Below, in pieces: positions 18,848 to 28,551 of a stretch of DNA of 56,612 bases. Position numbers and translations under genes: made by a program. This stretch comes from an uncultured Candidatus Saccharibacteria bacterium (GTDB taxonomy: Bacteria; Patescibacteriota; JAUYIX01; CAYMIK01). The stretch's first letter is position 1; each line of letters opens with the position of its first letter. The DNA lies in contig CAYMIK010000005.1 in assembly GCA_964390745.1 (NCBI GenBank), forward strand, positions 1-56,612. Direction: 5' to 3'. The notes beneath the pieces are model-generated. The model was not told the DNA's origin. It saw only the letters and a program-made list of their open reading frames with translations, and searched no databases.

Positions 18848-20322
18848 TATTTCACCACGGGTGGTTTTTCTTTGTGCCACTTTGTCACTTTTTGGTAGGC
18901 GTGACCTAGTCGCAAAATACTATATTCATCAAGTTGCTTTCCCATGAGCTGCATACCGATGGGCAAACCGGATTTTGTAAATCCAGCAGGAACAGACATC
19001 GCAGGAATTCCGGCAAGGTTTGCAGCTACCGTGTAGACATCGGCTAAGTACATCGACAAAGGATCATTCTGGCGTTCATGAATCTTGAACGGCGCAACTG
19101 GAGACGTTGGCGAAACAATCGCGTGAACATTTTTGAAGGCTTCGGCGAATTCGTCAATCACGATGCGGCGAACAGCTTGGGCTTTTTTGTAGTACGCATC
19201 GTAATAACCAGCAGACAAAACATACGAACCAATCAAGATGCGGCGTTTCACTTCTGTTCCCAAAAACTCTCGGCGCGTTTTCATGTACGTTTGCAAAAGA
19301 TCTTGGGCTTCTTCGCTTCGCATGCCGTAACGGATACCATCGTATCGTGCCATGTTTGATGAAACTTCGGCGGGGGTAACAATGTAATAAATAGGCAGTG
19401 TGTACTTTACGTGAGGCAAGGAAATTTCTACCAGTTCCGCACCAAGATTTTCGAGCTGCTTGATTGCTGGCCATACCACATCTTGAACCTCTTGCACCTC
19501 GGGACTTAGACCTATTCCGAAATATTGCTTTGGTATACCAATGCGCATACCCTTGATATCTTGATTCGCAATGAGGTTGGCATAGAAAGATTCTTTTGGG
19601 TCATGCAAACTGGTTGCATCGCGCGGGTCTTGCCCGGTGATGGCATCCAAAACGATTGCCGCATCTTCTACCGTGTGCGTCATAGGTCCTGTTTGATCGA
19701 GTCCACTTGCCATAGGAATTTCGCCGTAACGCGAAACACGGCCGTAGGTAGGCTTCAAACCAACAATATTATTGAAGCTGGCTGGCTGGCGAATGGATCC
19801 ACCCGTGTCAGTTCCGAGCGAATATACCGCTGTTCCCGTTGCAACCGAAACGGCCGAACCACCTGAAGAGCCACCAGGAACGCGATTGAGATCCCATGGA
19901 TTTTTTGTAATTTTGTAGGCAGAGGTTTCCGTTGAGGCACCCATCGTGAATTCATCAGTGTTCACTTTGCCCGTGAAAATGGCACCGGCCTTCTGAAGTT
20001 TTGCCACTGAGGTTGCCGTGTAGGGAGCAATATAATTATCAAGAACCTTTGAAGCAGCGGTAATTTTTTTGCCCTTCAACATTAAGACGTCTTTAAGCGA
20101 TGCGGGAATTCCGTAAAGCGGGCCCTTGGTTTCATCGAGGTTTTTATCAAGTTCTTTGGCTTGTTGCTCTACTTCGTTGTTGTAGACATCCAAGTACGCA
20201 TCAACTTTTGGTTCCACTTCACTCAAGCGTTTCATGGCTGACTGTGTCACTTCCAAAATCGAGACTTCTTTATCCCTGATTTTTTTAGAAAGATCTACAA
20301 GCGAAAAATCAAGCAAGTCCAT
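18847..20322 (-). CDS. gatA: Asp-tRNA(Asn)/Glu-tRNA(Gln) amidotransferase subunit A
   Basis: Amidase signature [49 protein letters not shown]. Confidence 0.97.
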   Translation of the reverse strand: MDLLDFSLVDLSKKIRDKEVSILEVTQSAMKRLSEVEPKVDAYLDVYNNEVEQQAKELDKNLDETKGPLYGIPASLKDVLMLKGKKITAASKVLDNYIAPYTATSVAKLQKAGAIFTGKVNTDEFTMGASTETSAYKITKNPWDLNRVPGGSSGGSAVSVATGTAVYSLGTDTGGSIRQPASFNNIVGLKPTYGRVSRYGEIPMASGLDQTGPMTHTVEDAAIVLDAITGQDPRDATSLHDPKESFYANLIANQDIKGMRIGIPKQYFGIGLSPEVQEVQDVVWPAIKQLENLGAELVEISLPHVKYTLPIYYIVTPAEVSSNMARYDGIRYGMRSEEAQDLLQTYMKTRREFLGTEVKRRILIGSYVLSAGYYDAYYKKAQAVRRIVIDEFAEAFKNVHAIVSPTSPVAPFKIHERQNDPLSMYLADVYTVAANLAGIPAMSVPAGFTKSGLPIGMQLMGKQLDEYSILRLGHAYQKVTKWHKEKPPVVK

Positions 20323-20606
20323 TAGAGCACCTTCTTGGTCTTAATCTGGTTATCGGCAGATTCTGGAGCAAGCGCAATGAGATCAGCAGCGCCCGGCGTT
20401 GGTTGCACCATGTCTTCACGAAGTTCTTGAAACAACCCCGTGACATGCGCAATAGGAACAACGCCGTCCGTATTTACTTCGGAAAGCTGGTCAACATAAT
20501 CCAAAACCTGCGTAATTTCTTTACGATACTTCTCTTTTTCTTCTTCGGTCAGTTCGATTCGAGCCAACAGACTCAATTTTTCTATATCTTCGCGGGAAAG
20601 TTGCAT
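20322..20606 (-). CDS. gatC: amidotransferase subunit C
   Basis: LSREDIEKLSLLARIEL...VLDYVDQLSEVNTDGV..LREDMV; coupled to gatA. Confidence 0.93.
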   Translation of the reverse strand: MQLSREDIEKLSLLARIELTEEEKEKYRKEITQVLDYVDQLSEVNTDGVVPIAHVTGLFQELREDMVQPTPGAADLIALAPESADNQIKTKKVL

Positions 20607-20655
20607 GTTTGTTGTTCAAAAGATGGATAAACCATAACAGAAAGAGGTGGGAATT

Positions 20656-21162
20656 TCAAGAGCGCTCGATCTGCTTCTGGAGTCGCACATACAGGGGTTC
20701 GTAGCCAACCTTTTCATAGAGCCTGCCAGCGTCTGGGTTTGAAGCGCGGTATGTGAGTCGCAAATACCCTAACCCCAGTGACTTTGCATAGTCTTCTGCT
20801 TGCTGCAAAAGCTTGGAGCCAATCCCCTTGCTCTGATACGGCTTCGATACATTGAGGTCAGAAACGTGAAGAAATTCTACATTTTCTTCAGCCTTGTTTC
20901 CATCAACATACACAATCATGTGGCCTACAACTTTTTCCTGTTCTTTCACTAGATAGATCTTGCCATTACTCTCCGAGACCTTTTTGAGCATTTTGTCGGC
21001 ATAGTCAACACACATCTCAGATCCTGGCTTCAAAACATCCGGCTCTTTTTCCCACAGAGAGTCCTGAAGTTCAGCAACTTGCTGAATGAGCGATTCTCTG
21101 TCCTCTGGTTGGTATTCCACAATATTTACTGGTTGTTCAAATTTTGGACCACTTTCATTCAT
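20656..21162 (-). CDS. GNAT family N-acetyltransferase
   Basis: LNVSKPYQSKGIGSKLL acetyl-CoA motif, AGRLYEKVGY. Confidence 0.88.
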   Translation of the reverse strand: MNESGPKFEQPVNIVEYQPEDRESLIQQVAELQDSLWEKEPDVLKPGSEMCVDYADKMLKKVSESNGKIYLVKEQEKVVGHMIVYVDGNKAEENVEFLHVSDLNVSKPYQSKGIGSKLLQQAEDYAKSLGLGYLRLTYRASNPDAGRLYEKVGYEPLYVRLQKQIERS

Positions 21163-21190
21163 GTGTATCTCAAGTTTAATGATAGAGAAC

Positions 21191-22045
21191 TTATCGCTCC
21201 CAACGGGCGAAAAGTGACATTGGCAAGATCCGCTTTGACTGCAACTCCTGAAGGCCTAACTCGCCAACTTCGATGGAGCCCTTTGGTGCATAATCAGCAA
21301 CAACATTGTGCAAAGTGGTTGGCGAGATTGGAACCGCATAAGCATTCACGATCATAAACAAGGCATCCCGAGCAAGAAGTTTTACGGCATCTTGCAAAAG
21401 TGGAGCGATAGCTTCTTCGAACTGCCACACTTCCCCATGTGTTCCGCGGCCATATTTTGGCGGATCCATAATGATCGCATCGTATTTATTGCCCCGACGA
21501 ATCTCGCGCTGAACAAACTTCACCACGTCATCCGGAATCCAACGAATCTTCGGGTCTTGTAGCTTCGATGCCTTTTGGTTTTCATTGGCCCACGTGATAG
21601 CTGGCTTTGAGGCATCAACATGCACAACACTTGCTCCTGCACTTGCAGCCACCAAGGTTGAGGCGCCGGTGTATGAAAAAAGATTGAGCAATGTCACTGG
21701 CTTTTTCGCCACACGAATCTTTTTTGAAGCCCACTCCCACTGCACGGCTTGTTCAGGAAAAATTCCTACATGACCAAAGGCGGTAAGGTGCAAAACACAC
21801 GTGACTTTTTCAAAGGTCACTGTCCAGTTTTGGGGAACATTTTTCTTAATCTGCCAGCTTCCTGTTTTGTCACCCGTCTTCTGGAAGACTGCCCAGGCCG
21901 TATCCCACAGGTCCTGTGTTTGCGATGGCTTCCAAATTGCTTGGGTTTCTACGCGATCAACAATAACCGAACCAAAGCGCTCAAGCTTCCGGCCGTTACC
22001 GGAATCGAGAAGTTCGTAATCTTTCCACTGTGGGATAAGTATCAT
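21191..22045 (-). CDS. class I SAM-dependent methyltransferase (RlmI/RlmKL-like catalytic domain)
   Basis: GHVGIFPEQ, LLNLFSYTGAS, VDAS, IIMDPPKYGRG; start trimmed to MILIPQW at 22045. Confidence 0.85.
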   Translation of the reverse strand: MILIPQWKDYELLDSGNGRKLERFGSVIVDRVETQAIWKPSQTQDLWDTAWAVFQKTGDKTGSWQIKKNVPQNWTVTFEKVTCVLHLTAFGHVGIFPEQAVQWEWASKKIRVAKKPVTLLNLFSYTGASTLVAASAGASVVHVDASKPAITWANENQKASKLQDPKIRWIPDDVVKFVQREIRRGNKYDAIIMDPPKYGRGTHGEVWQFEEAIAPLLQDAVKLLARDALFMIVNAYAVPISPTTLHNVVADYAPKGSIEVGELGLQELQSKRILPMSLFARWER

Positions 22046-22122
22046 AGGGTTCCTATTGACAATTGTTGCAAAAGTTGTATATCTTGATGTGACGTCTCTC
22101 ACCCCAGCCAAGGAGCGAAGCA

Positions 22123-22398
22123 ATGTATGAACTCGCAGCCCGAAAGCCCGAGTGGGCCGGCGGTCAAACCGAAGTGGCGATGGTGCTGATCCCGATCTTC
22201 CCATGCCCGCAGTGCATGCACCTCAACGTCGTGGACACGGATGCCGTACAAGCCTTCAAGCTGCTGATCGAGGATCTCCTGCCGGTCTGCAAGCACTGCA
22301 GCGGACGACTCGACAGTGGTTGCTACAAGGTGGACGAGAGCAACCCCTACTACGACAGGGCCAAGGGCGAGCTAGTGGCACTCCATGGCCGTCGTTAA
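22123..22398 (+). CDS. small zinc-finger-like hypothetical protein (91 aa, GC-rich)
   Basis: CPQC and CKHC pairs; TTGACA at 22056-22061, AAGGAG SD. Confidence 0.65.
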   Translation: MYELAARKPEWAGGQTEVAMVLIPIFPCPQCMHLNVVDTDAVQAFKLLIEDLLPVCKHCSGRLDSGCYKVDESNPYYDRAKGELVALHGRR

Positions 22399-22408
22399 TT
22401 CCGTTCTG

Positions 22409-22434
22409 CCCCAACCGCGAGCTCGCCGTTGGGG
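22409..22434. terminator. hairpin between convergent small gene and ligA
   Basis: CCCCAAC-CGCGAGCTCGCC-GTTGGGG. Confidence 0.55.
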
Positions 22435-22442
22435 TTCGTGTG

Positions 22443-24485
22443 TTATTCTCCAATCAATTTCTTAAATTCATCTTCATCGATAATTTTTACGCCAAGGTCC
22501 TGCGCCTTCGTGAGCTTGGAGCCCGCTTCGTCCCCCGCCACAACAAAATCAGTATTTTTTGAAACCGAACTCACCACTTTGCCGCCCAAACGTTTTACTT
22601 TTTCCTTTGCCAAAGACCGCGGCATAGAAATAGAACCAGTAAAAATGAACGATTTTCCGGCAACGCCTTTCTTCTCGTGAACACGCTCTGGCTTAATAAG
22701 CGAGATATCTTGTCTCAAAAGATGCTCCACACGCTTTTTCATTTGTGGATTCTTGAAATATCCATGAATGGTTTCGGCAACTTTTTGACCAATGCCTTCG
22801 ATATGCGCAAACTCTTCCACGGGTGTTTCAGAAAGTTTTTTCACTGCAGCTTCAAGAGGTTTTCGGGCGTTGAAGATATTTTCGTGCTCAATGAACGCTG
22901 CAATGTCTGCAGAGGTCTGCTCCCCAACCAAAGGAATACCGAGTGAGTAGATAAATTTTGCCAACGTAATTTTGCGACGAGCATTCACTGATTCAATGAG
23001 GTTTTGTTCACTCTTTTCGCCGAGTCGTTCCAGCGGAGAAATATCGCCCGGCTGCAGTTGGAAGAAATCTGCGGGTTGCGTTACCAAGCCCGCATCAATG
23101 AGCTGTTCGATAATTGCCGGACCAAAACCTTCCATGTCAAAACCAGGTTTGGAGATAAAGTGAATGAGTTGTTCCACTTCTTGTGCGGCACAGGACTCTC
23201 GATTCAAGCATTTATAGGCCGCCTCGCCACTTACACGCTTCACTTCGGAGCCACACACGGGACACTTTTTTGGGAATACAAATTTCTTTTCATTTCCGGT
23301 ACGAAGCTCAGGCAGTACTTTTACAATTTCCGGAATAACATCTCCTGCCTTTTGTAAGATCACCGTATCGCCGATACGAATATCTAGTTTTTGCATGATG
23401 TCTTCATTGTGAAGCGTTGCACGGCTTACCGTTGACCCAGCAACCTTCACTGGCTTCATAACAGCAACAGGCGTAATCACACCCGTTCGCCCAACCTGTG
23501 GAATAATGTTTTCTACCACGGTAGTAACTTGCTCGGCCGGAAACTTGTACGCTACCATCCATCGCTCGGTTTTTCCTACACTTCCAAGATCCTTTTCATA
23601 ATCAATATCATTCACGACAATCACAACACCGTCAGTGCCATAATCAAGTTTCTTTCGCTTTGTTTCCCACTTGTCTAAATACTTCTGCACATCCGCGTCA
23701 TTCTTTGCGAGTTCGTTGTGTGGGTTAATTTTAAAACCAAGTTCTTTCAAAATATCGTGCACCTGCTCGTGCGTTGTTTGGCCTAGATCGGTTATGAGTT
23801 CAAAGGCAAAGAAATCAAGTTTTCGTGCAGCAGTAATCTTTGCATCCAACTGACGAATTGTTCCGGCAGCTGTGTTCCGTGGGTTTGCATAGATCTGTTT
23901 ACCCGCTTTTTCTTGGATTTTGTTAATGCGATCAAATTCTTTCTTGGTCATCACCACTTCACCACGAACCTCAATAACCTTCGGCATATTTTTTCGTGGC
24001 TTCAACTTCAACGGAATAGACCCAACTGTTTTCAGGTTCTGCGTCACGTCTTCCCCTATCCGACCGTTGCCACGCGTTGCGCCACGAACAAAGAGTCCAT
24101 CTTCGTACGTTAAAACCATAGTGAGGCCATCAAGCTTCAACTCGCAAAAATAATCAAGCTTGGCAGTGCTTGGAAGCAGTTTGGTAATTCGTTTTTTCCA
24201 TTCCAAAAATTCCTCAAACGAAAAAATATCTTGTAGTGACAAAACGGGCCGTGAGTGCTCGGCCTTTTCAAATTTACCGAGAGGTCGCCCAGCAACGCGC
24301 TGCGAAGGAGAATCTGGCGTAAGAAACTCAGGAAATTGCGTCTCAAGCTCAACAAGCTCTTTTTTGAGCGTGTCTTGCGCCGAGTCAGCAATAACCGACT
24401 TGTCATATACGTGATACTGTTCACGATAATAATCAATGAGGTGGCGGAGTTTCTCTATTCTTTTTTTGGCTTCGGGCTTTGTCAT
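22443..24485 (-). CDS. ligA: NAD-dependent DNA ligase
   Basis: ELKLDG adenylation motif, TRGNGRIGEDVT, VGRTGVITPVA, TLHN, KAGDVIPEI, C4 zinc finger, BRCT VSSVSKNTDFVVAG. Confidence 0.97.
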   Translation of the reverse strand: MTKPEAKKRIEKLRHLIDYYREQYHVYDKSVIADSAQDTLKKELVELETQFPEFLTPDSPSQRVAGRPLGKFEKAEHSRPVLSLQDIFSFEEFLEWKKRITKLLPSTAKLDYFCELKLDGLTMVLTYEDGLFVRGATRGNGRIGEDVTQNLKTVGSIPLKLKPRKNMPKVIEVRGEVVMTKKEFDRINKIQEKAGKQIYANPRNTAAGTIRQLDAKITAARKLDFFAFELITDLGQTTHEQVHDILKELGFKINPHNELAKNDADVQKYLDKWETKRKKLDYGTDGVVIVVNDIDYEKDLGSVGKTERWMVAYKFPAEQVTTVVENIIPQVGRTGVITPVAVMKPVKVAGSTVSRATLHNEDIMQKLDIRIGDTVILQKAGDVIPEIVKVLPELRTGNEKKFVFPKKCPVCGSEVKRVSGEAAYKCLNRESCAAQEVEQLIHFISKPGFDMEGFGPAIIEQLIDAGLVTQPADFFQLQPGDISPLERLGEKSEQNLIESVNARRKITLAKFIYSLGIPLVGEQTSADIAAFIEHENIFNARKPLEAAVKKLSETPVEEFAHIEGIGQKVAETIHGYFKNPQMKKRVEHLLRQDISLIKPERVHEKKGVAGKSFIFTGSISMPRSLAKEKVKRLGGKVVSSVSKNTDFVVAGDEAGSKLTKAQDLGVKIIDEDEFKKLIGE

Positions 24486-24542
24486 TTCCGCTTCAGTATA
24501 GCAAAAAACGAGCTCAAAAGTCGAGGGTTAGGCTCCTGAATC

Positions 24543-25481
24543 CTACAAGGCAAACTTATCGATGTCGCCGCCATCGAACAAGGTATAACCGAAGACATCG
24601 AGTGCATTGTTCGTCTGGCTGAAGGTTACTTCGAGCGCTCGCCGCGCATCTCCGCCCAGCGCCGAGTTATTCACCTGGCCAACGGATCGAATCGTTGGAG
24701 AATTCTTTCCCGAAACGGCATGGCTGAAGGAAACTTCGTAAATCTCTTGTGCGTGCTCTTGCTGCACCGAGTGAAGCTCAATCATATAAAGAAGTTCGTT
24801 CCCGAGCGAGCTGGTTCCGGTCACATCGAGGCCCGCTGTTCCTGCTGCCGTGTACGCGGACATATTCTGGAAGTAGTGCGTATCAATCTTAATATTACTT
24901 TCATCAGTAGCATCAAACGATGTTGTCTTACTCGAAGTAAGCTTACTGGTATCAAACGAAGAAACATTCGCAGGATCAAATGAGTACAACGTTACTTCAA
25001 GGTTGTCAGCGTCAAGTCCGGGTGCAGGATTATTCGCACTACACGAAACACATCGGAAACTTACCGTTGTGCCACTCGTTGTTGCATAAGAACCATCTTG
25101 CAAGCGATTCGGATCGAAAAGGTAGATCTTTTTCGTGCTCGATTCTACTCCGCTCGTATTCTTCGAAAGTGTCACCTGCGTCTTTTCTATGGATCCACCG
25201 GAAACCAATCCGTAGGTGTACGAGTCCTCACCAACAGCGATGGTGTTTGGCGAAGAAAGATCAGCGCCAGGAACCTTGCTTTCTTCATACAATGCTCGCT
25301 CCGCACCGGCTTCAGCAAGATAGAATGCTTTCTGACTTCGCTGATTCACCTGCACCGTGTTAAGTTCGGAAATCGAAAGTGCCGACACAGAGAAAGAAAT
25401 CACAAACATGATTCCCAACATCAAGATGACGTAGAGCAGCGAGGATCCAGAATTAGACTGCATGTTTTTTGTAAATTTCAT
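24543..25481 (-). CDS. PilX/PilK-like minor pilin
   Basis: SG|SSLLYVILML hydrophobic helix, AFYLAEAGAERAL PilX N-terminal motif. Confidence 0.8.
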   Translation of the reverse strand: MKFTKNMQSNSGSSLLYVILMLGIMFVISFSVSALSISELNTVQVNQRSQKAFYLAEAGAERALYEESKVPGADLSSPNTIAVGEDSYTYGLVSGGSIEKTQVTLSKNTSGVESSTKKIYLFDPNRLQDGSYATTSGTTVSFRCVSCSANNPAPGLDADNLEVTLYSFDPANVSSFDTSKLTSSKTTSFDATDESNIKIDTHYFQNMSAYTAAGTAGLDVTGTSSLGNELLYMIELHSVQQEHAQEIYEVSFSHAVSGKNSPTIRSVGQVNNSALGGDARRALEVTFSQTNNALDVFGYTLFDGGDIDKFAL

Positions 25482-25999
25482 TGTGCCTCCCCCATTCGTG
25501 GCATGATGCTCACCTGAAATGGCTGCGCGACACCGGCCACCGAAATGGAAATCGTCACATAACTTTTTCCCGAGCCAATATCATGACAGTACGCGGCAAA
25601 TCGGGTAACGTTCACATCAACAATACTTGATGCATTGTCAGCGGGGGTTCCGCTTTCCGTAGAAAGCTGCGTTATTTTGTGAGTGTTCTGATCCCACTCA
25701 TATGTTGTCTGGGAATCGCCTGTTGCGTCGCGATTAATAACCAGCTTCGTGGAATCGGCGCTGGGATTGTTGCAGGTCACAAGTTTTGCGGCACGAATAT
25801 CACGTGAAATAACATCTTGAAAGTAGCGAAGCTGTTGGCTCGCGCTCTGGCTTGCCAGCGTCTTCTTTTGTGCGCTCAAAATAGAGATGAATGCACCAGT
25901 TGCAAGTGCCGAAATAAGCACAAAAATACCAAGTGCGACAATGGCCTCAACGAGCGTGTAACCTTGATTGTACCTATTCTTGGTCATTGGCTTGTCCAA
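25478..25999 (-). CDS. minor pilin (PilW/PulJ-like)
   Basis: QG|YTLVEAIVALGIF class III signal peptide. Confidence 0.85.
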   Translation of the reverse strand: MDKPMTKNRYNQGYTLVEAIVALGIFVLISALATGAFISILSAQKKTLASQSASQQLRYFQDVISRDIRAAKLVTCNNPSADSTKLVINRDATGDSQTTYEWDQNTHKITQLSTESGTPADNASSIVDVNVTRFAAYCHDIGSGKSYVTISISVAGVAQPFQVSIMPRMGEAQ

Positions 26000-26607
26000 T
26001 CATAAAGTTGTGTTGTAAGCGTATAGGCCGAAGGTGCCACAAGTCCACGATTGTAGAATTGAACGGTAGCCGCAACTTCGATGTATGGAATTTTGGTGTT
26101 CGTATCAGCATCGGTGTCTTGCTTCTTCGTCAAGGTAATCATTCGTTTAAACCGGGTTACATCATTTCCTTGAGAACGAACAACGTACTGCGAAGTAGAT
26201 TCTTTATACAAAGCATAACAGTCAGGGCTTTGTGGGCTTGTGTATTCATCAATACACACACGTCCTTCACGATTCTCTGCACCCTTTGCATCCATATTGA
26301 ACGTAATGGATTGACCTATCGACAGATTCTTTGTAATGTCCGCGAAGTTCACCGTTGCGTTACAGTTTGTTGTACAGTTTGGAGAATAATGGATAAATGC
26401 GTTGTTGCTTTCACGAAAAGCACGAACGAGTTCCACTCCTTCTTCCGCAAGAAATTCCGCTTGTGTTTTGTTTTGTGCGACATCAGTCACGTTAATGGAC
26501 TGCGTTGCAAGAACAAGTGTCGCCAAAAGTGCCGATGCGAGAATACCGATAGCAACAATTGCTTCGACGAGTGTAAATCCAGATTGTTTGTTCAAGGAAT
26601 GTTTCAT
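25984..26607 (-). CDS. minor pilin (PilV-like)
   Basis: SG|FTLVEAIVAIGIL class III signal peptide. Confidence 0.85.
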   Translation of the reverse strand: MKHSLNKQSGFTLVEAIVAIGILASALLATLVLATQSINVTDVAQNKTQAEFLAEEGVELVRAFRESNNAFIHYSPNCTTNCNATVNFADITKNLSIGQSITFNMDAKGAENREGRVCIDEYTSPQSPDCYALYKESTSQYVVRSQGNDVTRFKRMITLTKKQDTDADTNTKIPYIEVAATVQFYNRGLVAPSAYTLTTQLYDWTSQ

Positions 26608-27206
26608 AAGTTTTGGATAAGACCCGAAGCGTTTGCAACGCTATCGAGAGAATAAGCAGAGAGCAAGCGATGAGCAAATCGGAAGTATACGTTGGTCTGA
26701 CATGACTCCTCGAGACACATCGGCGAGCCAGCATTTGCCGCGCCACTGGTTGTAGGTAAAAAAGTTACCGTGAGAGCCGAGAGCGAGGTATCGTCTTGAA
26801 TCGAGCCAGGTGAAGCAACATTCGTATTCACCGTTTTAATGAATGCGTTATCAGTAAGCGCAACCTTTTTTACGACGATGTCATCGCCCGAGAAGCCAGC
26901 CGTGGTGTCACTGTCTTCAAATATGGTGTACGAATTCCCCGCTTTATTTATATACACACCAACGGTGTAGACTTGGGCTTGATCTTTCTTTTGAATATTT
27001 TGTTCCGTTGCCAAGCTTTGCGCAAATCGCAGATCGGCCGTGAATTGATCACGGGCCTGGCGCACTTCTTGCCGAGATCTTCCGTCACGTAAGTTTGGAA
27101 TGGTAAATGCGATCATTACAGCAATAAGCGCGATAACAATAATCATTTCAATGAGTGTAAAACCTTGCTCTTGGTATTGGCGTTGCACGTTCGTGTTCGG
27201 TTTCAT
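26604..27206 (-). CDS. minor pilin (FimT/GspH-like)
   Basis: QG|FTLIEMIIVIALI; start trimmed to MKPNTNV at 27206 (ATGA overlap with pilD). Confidence 0.85.
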   Translation of the reverse strand: MKPNTNVQRQYQEQGFTLIEMIIVIALIAVMIAFTIPNLRDGRSRQEVRQARDQFTADLRFAQSLATEQNIQKKDQAQVYTVGVYINKAGNSYTIFEDSDTTAGFSGDDIVVKKVALTDNAFIKTVNTNVASPGSIQDDTSLSALTVTFLPTTSGAANAGSPMCLEESCQTNVYFRFAHRLLSAYSLDSVANASGLIQNL

Positions 27207-27988
27207 AAAAGTCCAATGTACCAGTGGATGATGTTGGGCCCAACAATAAGCGCGAGGATGGCCGCCAAGGAAAGGAACGGGCCAAAAGCAATCTTGTCTT
27301 TCATGCCCTTTTCTTTTCGCGCCAACACGAATCCTGCATAAACAGCACCAATGATGTACGCAGCGAACAAGCAGAAGAAGATTAAAGGCGAAGAGAGCGT
27401 GAGACCGAGGGCAATACCAAACTTCACATCGCCAAATCCAATCCACTTCCCTTTCGAGACAAGATACATAAGCCCGAAAAATCCAAACCCAATGACCGCA
27501 CCAAGCAAAATATTTACAAGTGTCTGGTTAAAAATAAACCATGAGGCAAGCGCGCCAACAACCCCCAAGAGCAACAGAATTCCATTCGGAAGAATTTGGT
27601 GATGAGCATCGTACAGGAGCAAGAAAACCAACAAAGTAATAATGACAAATCCTGCAAAGAGGCTCACAAAGAACGAAAAAGAGAAAAGCTCCGTGTGATC
27701 AATGAAGTCAGAGAACAGTGCGTACAAAGTAAAACTCACGGCCGTAAGCACTTCGATGACCGGATAGTGCCACGAAATCTTTTTGTTGCAATATCGGCAT
27801 TTTCCACTGAGGGAAAGATACGAAAGCACCGGAATAAGGTCCCATCCACCAAGCTCATGCTTGCAGTGTGGGCAAATAGAACGGCCCACAAGAAACGACT
27901 TCTTGTTGTCATAGCGAAACTCCAGCGCATTGAGGCCAGAGCCGATCACGAGACCAAATATGAATATGAAGATCGCAAGTAGTGTCAT
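27203..27988 (-). CDS. pilD: prepilin peptidase
   Basis: RSICPHCKH, DLIPVLSYLSLSGKCRYC, LYDAHHQILP, IGFGDVK, AFGPFL. Confidence 0.95.
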   Translation of the reverse strand: MTLLAIFIFIFGLVIGSGLNALEFRYDNKKSFLVGRSICPHCKHELGGWDLIPVLSYLSLSGKCRYCNKKISWHYPVIEVLTAVSFTLYALFSDFIDHTELFSFSFFVSLFAGFVIITLLVFLLLYDAHHQILPNGILLLLGVVGALASWFIFNQTLVNILLGAVIGFGFFGLMYLVSKGKWIGFGDVKFGIALGLTLSSPLIFFCLFAAYIIGAVYAGFVLARKEKGMKDKIAFGPFLSLAAILALIVGPNIIHWYIGLL

Positions 27989-28004
27989 GAAATATTTCCT
28001 TATC

Positions 28005-28032
28005 TTTGCAAAGATCAGACGATCTTTGCAAA
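28005..28032 (-). terminator. 12-bp perfect stem-loop after the major pilin gene (terminator or mRNA stabiliser)
   Basis: TTTGCAAAGATC-AGAC-GATCTTTGCAAA. Confidence 0.6.
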
Positions 28033-28048
28033 AGAAAGAAACAACTGA

Positions 28049-28504
28049 TTACAGTGTTCCGTCGCAAGACGACTTAAGTGTGTCGTCTGAGCTTCCATTT
28101 CCTTGATAGTAAGGATTGGTAGCCGTTCCTGGCTGTTCCAAATTTACACAAAGAACATAGGAAGACAGGTCAGCTGCATCGGTACCAACCTTGCCAGCAG
28201 CATATCCATACTTCTTCGTAGAATCTGATGGATCATGTGGCATGCTTGGAAGATACTTTGCCATTCCGTCTGATGCTGTGCTGTACAATGCATCTTGATC
28301 AGCTGGGAATGTGCCGCCGTGATCGTCCGCATACAGCTCAAGAGCTGTTACGATTGATCGAACGTCGGTCTTTCGTTGGCTGTCTCGAGCCTTCTGTCGT
28401 GCGACACCCAAAGCCACCAAGATCAAAACGACCAAGATAGCGATGATTGCGATCACAACGAGAAGTTCAACGAGCGTAAAGCCTTTTTTATTGTTTTTTA
28501 CCAT
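28049..28504 (-). CDS. major type IV pilin candidate
   Basis: KKG|FTLVELLVVIAIIAIL, ARDSQRKTD..LELY, C-terminal Cys pair. Confidence 0.9.
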   Translation of the reverse strand: MVKNNKKGFTLVELLVVIAIIAILVVLILVALGVARQKARDSQRKTDVRSIVTALELYADDHGGTFPADQDALYSTASDGMAKYLPSMPHDPSDSTKKYGYAAGKVGTDAADLSSYVLCVNLEQPGTATNPYYQGNGSSDDTLKSSCDGTL

Positions 28505-28551
28505 GGTAATTTTCCCTTCAATTTTTGTCTCGACCTTTGAGTGTCATTATG

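Noticed and set aside
21191-22204. Extended N-termini in the ORF track (21191..22204, 26604..27446, 33162..33647, 30909..31400, 18101..18880, 55871..56491)
   Set aside because: Extensions overlap neighbouring genes or promoters; shorter starts give stop/start coupling or SD motifs
22409-22434. CCCCAAC...GTTGGGG hairpin as an integron attC site
   Set aside because: Only 26 bp, ends do not fit RYYYAAC/GTTRRRY, no integron integrase nearby; the other cassette hairpins also lack attC ends
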